Of a stretch of DNA of 64,000 bases, positions 59,629 to 64,000 are shown one piece after another. The notes below the pieces were generated by a model. It did no database searches, was not told the DNA's origin, and was given only the letters and a program-made list of their open reading frames with translations. The stretch's first letter is position 1; every line of letters begins with the position of its first letter. Position numbers and translations under genes: made by a program. Source of the DNA: Ignavibacteria bacterium (GTDB lineage Bacteria; Bacteroidota; Ignavibacteria; Kapaibacteriales; UBA2268); NCBI GenBank assembly GCA_016844745.1, contig JAERMQ010000009.1, positions 7,184 to 71,183 of the forward strand. The letters run 5' to 3'.

Positions 59629-59916
59629 GTTTGGCACCTTGATGTTTTTTAAAAACAATTTTTATTCTAACACTTTTAATCTTACAAAATAATTTGTAGA
59701 TGTTTTCCTATAGGCTGCAAGTTGATTTGTGATATGATATTTTTTTTATAATTTTGCTTTATTAATTATCAAAACATTATTATTTTAGTTTATAAGACGT
59801 TCTTTATTTTTAATATTTTAATTTTAAAATAATTTTTTCTTATATTTTCACAAATTTTATAACGTATATTTGCAAATTAAATTTTAATAGTTTAAATTTT
59901 TTACCATGAGGATGAA

Positions 59917-60411
59917 ATGATTTTACCTAAAGAGACAAAAAAGATTTTAAAAAAAATTGATTATACTTTAACCGGAAAGTGCTTTGAGCCTGATACTACA
60001 GGGAAAATAAATGAAAATATATTTTCCGGATTATCCGATAAAAATCTGGGGAAACTGGAATTTTTACTTCATAAAATTGCCCCCGAATGTACGATTCAGA
60101 AATTTGTTGCAATGCTTGCTACTGAAATTCAAATGCAAGCACAATGGGATATTCTAAATGCCGCTTCGGAAGACGATGACCTGGATAAAGAGGACGTTGA
60201 AACTGAAGAAGATGAGGATTGGGACGAAGAGGACGAAGATTGGGATGAAGACGACGAAGATTGGGATGAAGATGAAGACGAAGATTGGGATGAAGATGAA
60301 GACGAAGATTGGGAAGATGATGACGATGACGTTGATGATGACGATGACGATGACGTTGATGATGACGTTGATGAAGACGAAGATTGGGAAGATAATGAAG
60401 AAGTAGTTTAA
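59917..60411 (+). CDS. Hypothetical protein with long acidic Trp-punctuated repeat tail
   Basis: About 80 aa N-domain, then repeated EDW(D/E) units and poly-Asp; upstream TATATTTG and GAGG. Confidence 0.75.
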   Translation: MILPKETKKILKKIDYTLTGKCFEPDTTGKINENIFSGLSDKNLGKLEFLLHKIAPECTIQKFVAMLATEIQMQAQWDILNAASEDDDLDKEDVETEEDEDWDEEDEDWDEDDEDWDEDEDEDWDEDEDEDWEDDDDDVDDDDDDDVDDDVDEDEDWEDNEEVV

Positions 60412-60443
60412 ATATTTAGGTTGGTTCTTGAAACTCTTTAATT

Positions 60444-60730
60444 GTCATTCCTGCGAATGAGCTGTGTGAAAAGTCAAAAAAATTGTCATTCTGAAATCCA
60501 AAATACGGAACTTAATAAAAATATGCAATGACAAATTCAAGAGAAACCCCCTAACCCCCTTTGAAAAAGGGGGAATTTTTTGTCCCCCCTTTTTCAAAGG
60601 GGGTTAGGGGGTTTCTCTCTGTTGAAATTGTTGCCATTATTTTAAATCAAGAAAAATCTGTCATTGGTAACTTGATTCAGAATCCATAATCCGCACTGGG
60701 AGTGGGTTCTGAATCAGTTCAGAATGACAA
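60444..60730 (+). mobile_element. Composite nested repeat element
   Basis: Same layer order as the copies at 42299 and 47975. Confidence 0.82.
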
Positions 60731-60748
60731 TCTTCCTTTTTTGATACG

Positions 60749-60782
60749 AAAAAAAAACACCGGATTAACTCCGGTGTTTTTT
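60749..60782 (-). terminator. Intrinsic terminator of rplU-rpmA (bidirectional form)
   Basis: AAAAACACCGGA-TTAAC-TCCGGTGTTTTT. Confidence 0.85.
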
Positions 60783-60809
60783 GCAAGTAGTGAGTATTAT
60801 TAAAATTGA

Positions 60810-61067
60810 TTAATTAGATGAATAGACCGATACCTGAAGTCGTTCCCGGTCTTTTCTTTCGAATTTTACATTTCCATCAATTAATGAAAATATCGTGTAA
60901 TCCTTGCCTAAACCTACGTTTTGGCCCGGATGGAATTTGGTTCCGCACTGACGAATTATGATATTACCGGCTGTTACGAATTCGCCTCCGAATTTTTTTA
61001 CTCCGCGTCTTTGCGGATTGGAATCTCTTCCGTTTTTCGAAGAGCCGCCACCTTTCTTATGTGCCAT
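60810..61067 (-). CDS. rpmA: 50S ribosomal protein L27
   Basis: [33 protein letters not shown]. Confidence 0.98.
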   Translation of the reverse strand: MAHKKGGGSSKNGRDSNPQRRGVKKFGGEFVTAGNIIIRQCGTKFHPGQNVGLGKDYTIFSLIDGNVKFERKDRERLQVSVYSSN

Positions 61068-61107
61068 ATCTATCTCCTGATTTTTTTTTCTGGGTTATAA
61101 TTGAAAT

Positions 61108-61641
61108 TTATTTATCCGGTTCTTTGTCTTCGATTTCATCGTCTTCGAATCTAATTACTCCGCTCTGTTGCTCATCGGATGAGGTTTCCTCGGTAGCATC
61201 GAAAAATGTTGCCGGTGTAGCTGTTTCAATAACTGAATCTTCCATTTCGTCGGGTTCGGAATCAAAGATTTGTTCCGTAGCAATTGATGCAACGGCAGTA
61301 GCAGTAGCTTCTTTAATAAATTCGAAACCGGGGAAGAAAATTCCGGTAATTTCGATTTGGGTGTAATGCTGCTTATGTCCGTTCAATTTACTGTAGCCTT
61401 TTCTGCGTTTTTTGTGGAATACAAGGACTTTATCGCCTCTGCCGTGGGCTACAATTCTTGCATGAATACGGCTATCGCTCAAATATGGCGAGCCCACTAA
61501 TACATTGTCTTCATTTTTTGCAAGCAATACATTGGAAAATTCCAGAGTATCTCCTGGTGTTCCCTGAAGCGCAGGCACATTCAATATTTTCCTGGGTTCA
61601 ACTGAGAATTGCGAGCCTGCTATATCAACTATGGCATACAT
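61108..61641 (-). CDS. rplU: 50S ribosomal protein L21 with acidic C-terminal extension
   Basis: MYAIV..GSQF.V, KVLVFHKKRRKGY..NGHKQ.YT; about 70 extra acidic residues. Confidence 0.95.
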   Translation of the reverse strand: MYAIVDIAGSQFSVEPRKILNVPALQGTPGDTLEFSNVLLAKNEDNVLVGSPYLSDSRIHARIVAHGRGDKVLVFHKKRRKGYSKLNGHKQHYTQIEITGIFFPGFEFIKEATATAVASIATEQIFDSEPDEMEDSVIETATPATFFDATEETSSDEQQSGVIRFEDDEIEDKEPDK

Positions 61642-61728
61642 TGTTTTATCCTAAAATATTATCTTTTTTCAAATCGTACTTAACATGAAAAAGCAATTTA
61701 AGGAATTTTTTTTATTTTTCCAAATTCA

Positions 61729-63009
61729 TTAAGCAGAAATAGCAGTCGGTTGCTGTATTGACATGCTGTGGTATTTATATTCAGGCTCTGCTTTATTCTC
61801 GACGGTATCTAATGTGATAACGCACTTTGAAATATTTTTATTATCCGGCAAATCGAACATAATTGAAAGCATTATTTCTTCTAAAATCGAACGCAATGCA
61901 CGGGCGCCTGTTTTCCGCAATTTAGACTTAGCTACAATTGCTTTCAATGCATCTTGTGTGATTTCCAAATCGACACCTTCAAGCATGAATAGTTTTTTAT
62001 ATTGCTTGACCAATGCATTTTTCGGCGTTTGCAAAATGCTGAGCATAGCCTCGTCATCCAAATCCTCTAAAGGAGCAAGAACGGGAAGCCGTCCAATTAA
62101 CTCGGGAATAAATCCGAATCTCAGAAGGTCTTCCGGCTCGACTTCGCGAAGTAATTTATAACCCGATTCGATGGAATCCATATTCTGGGCTGTAAAGCCG
62201 ATTGTTGACGGGCGCATGCGTCTCGCGATAATCTTTTCCAAACCTTCGAAAGCGCCTCCGCAAATAAATAAAATATTTGATGTATCGACGTAAATCAGGG
62301 ATTGTTCGGGATGCTTCCTGCCTCCTTTGGGTGGGCAGCCGGCTACGGTTCCTTCCAGTATTTTAAGTAATGCCTGCTGGACTCCTTCGCCCGATACGTC
62401 GCGTGTAATGCTGCTGGATTCGCTCTTGCGTCCGATTTTATCCAATTCGTCAATATATACGATTCCTCTTTCTGCAAGCTGTACGTTGTAATTAGCATTT
62501 TGAAGCAAATGGACAAGTACGGTTTCAACGTCATCGCCAACATAGCCTGATTCAGTTATAGTAGTTGCATCGGCAATTGCAAATGGAACTTTAAGTATTC
62601 GGGCAAGAGTTCGTGCAAGTAAAGTCTTTCCAGTACCTGTCGGACCAAGCATAAGAATATTGCTCTTTTCTATTTCGACATCGGACATTTCGCCTGTCAT
62701 AAATCTCGATTGAATCCGTTTGTAATGATTATAAACTGCAACCGACAGAACTGTTTTTGAGAAATCCTGACCAATTACATAAGAATCCAAATGACGTTTA
62801 ATTTCTGATGGTGGCATCAACCTGGGTTCGGCAAGGATATTCAAGTCCTGAGTGGCATTCTTTTTTATTAATTCGGAGGATTTCGTTACGCATATATCGC
62901 AAATGAAAATATTATCCGGTCCTTCGATAAGACCGTTTACTTCTGCGGAATTCCTCCCGCAAAACGAGCATACTAATTCCTCGCCGTTGGCTTTTCCTTT
63001 TTTCCCCAT
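61729..63009 (-). CDS. clpX: ATP-dependent Clp protease ATP-binding subunit ClpX
   Basis: CSFCG..ICDIC zinc finger, [28 protein letters not shown] loop, TGARALR. Confidence 0.98.
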   Translation of the reverse strand: MGKKGKANGEELVCSFCGRNSAEVNGLIEGPDNIFICDICVTKSSELIKKNATQDLNILAEPRLMPPSEIKRHLDSYVIGQDFSKTVLSVAVYNHYKRIQSRFMTGEMSDVEIEKSNILMLGPTGTGKTLLARTLARILKVPFAIADATTITESGYVGDDVETVLVHLLQNANYNVQLAERGIVYIDELDKIGRKSESSSITRDVSGEGVQQALLKILEGTVAGCPPKGGRKHPEQSLIYVDTSNILFICGGAFEGLEKIIARRMRPSTIGFTAQNMDSIESGYKLLREVEPEDLLRFGFIPELIGRLPVLAPLEDLDDEAMLSILQTPKNALVKQYKKLFMLEGVDLEITQDALKAIVAKSKLRKTGARALRSILEEIMLSIMFDLPDNKNISKCVITLDTVENKAEPEYKYHSMSIQQPTAISA

Positions 63010-63226
63010 TTTGCTTTCTTTAATTGTTTAATAATTCAGTCAACAATTTTATTTTACTGTTAATGACATCTTCAAAAATTTTCTTGGCGGCTTATCATCT
63101 TTGCGACTTTGCGTGATAAATTTTTCGCAAAGCCGCAAAGAGAAAAAATTTGATGTAATTTCGTTTTTTTTACTACCACATAGCGGTTGTCTTGACTTCA
63201 GAATGACAATTTTAAGCATACTGCTT

Positions 63227-63880
63227 TTATTTTGCTTCAGGTTCTGTTGACTCCGCAGGCTTCAAATCTGTTGACTCCGCAGGCTTCAAATCCGTTGAGC
63301 GGTCCATAATTTTATCGATAATACCATAGCTTAGCGCTTCTTCTGAGGTCATGTAATTATCGCGGTCGGAATCTTTACGGATTTGCTCCATATCCCTGCC
63401 GGTATGCTTGGAAATTATGCTATATAAGGTTTCGCGCATCCTGAGCATTTCGCGGGTATAGATTTCGATATCGGATGCCTGTCCCTGAGCGCCGCCTGCA
63501 GGCTGATGCATAAGAATCCTTGAATTAGGAAGTGCAAACCGCTTGCCGTGAGCGCCGGCGCAAAGAAGTACCTGAGCCATCGAAGCGCCCATACCGATGC
63601 AAATTGTGGATATATCAGGTTTGATGAATTGCATGGTATCGTATATTGCCAATCCCGATGAAACGCTTCCACCTGGTGAATTGATGTAAAGGTTAATATC
63701 TTTGTTCGGTTCTTCGCTGGCTAAAAAGAGAAGCTGAGCGATGACAAGGCTTGCCACGTGGTCGTCTATCGGGCTGCCGATAATGATTATCCTGTCTTTT
63801 AAAAGTCTCGAGTATATATCGTAGGAGCGTTCGCCGCGGCTGGTTTGCTCTACTACTATCGGAACGAGTTGGTCGTACAT
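63227..63880 (-). CDS. clpP: ATP-dependent Clp protease proteolytic subunit
   Basis: [32 protein letters not shown]. Confidence 0.98.
   Translation of the reverse strand: MYDQLVPIVVEQTSRGERSYDIYSRLLKDRIIIIGSPIDDHVASLVIAQLLFLASEEPNKDINLYINSPGGSVSSGLAIYDTMQFIKPDISTICIGMGASMAQVLLCAGAHGKRFALPNSRILMHQPAGGAQGQASDIEIYTREMLRMRETLYSIISKHTGRDMEQIRKDSDRDNYMTSEEALSYGIIDKIMDRSTDLKPAESTDLKPAESTEPEAK
63245..63298. repeat. Exact 24-bp tandem duplication in the clpP 3' end
   Basis: TGTTGACTCCGCAGGCTTCAAATC x2, encoding (STDLKPAE)x2. Confidence 0.9.
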
Positions 63881-64000
63881 ATATTTCCTGAATATTAGTT
63901 AAATTTCGCTCTTGTTGACGATTGAATTGGAATTTTAATTTGAGAAAAAACAAAATTCAATTATATTAGTCTATATTTTAAAATCAAGGAATAAAATATG

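Noticed and set aside
60158..60406. Alternative-frame ORF with MKTKIG/MMT repeats
   Set aside because: Shadow frame of the acidic repeat gene

Overview
AT-rich chromosomal window from an FCB-group bacterium. The most likely source is Ignavibacteria/Kapabacteria-like; this is inferred from type IX secretion genes porU/porV/porZ, many T9SS C-terminal-domain proteins, TAnnTTTG promoter motifs and retained AGGAG Shine-Dalgarno sites. Housekeeping genes include hutU, trpB2, ribH, gapA, serS, rpmA, rplU, clpX, clpP, a tamB-like gene and four tRNAs. Accessory content comprises (1) a complete clade II nitrous-oxide reductase cluster (cyt c-nosZ-nosB/L fusion-nosD-nosF-nosY) with a truncated Rrf2 regulator, (2) three toxin-antitoxin loci bracketed by palindromic repeats, two with decayed RelE/ParE-type toxins, and (3) an orphan Rhs tip with a candidate immunity gene between 109-bp direct repeats. 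The most unusual feature is the intergenic DNA. At least eight families of short palindromic or microsatellite-like repeats occur, and they are nested inside one another, with both empty and filled versions visible. No transposase or integrase is present in the window. tRNA-Ile and tRNA-Ala sit together with no flanking rRNA genes. All calls come from reading the sequence; no database searches were run.
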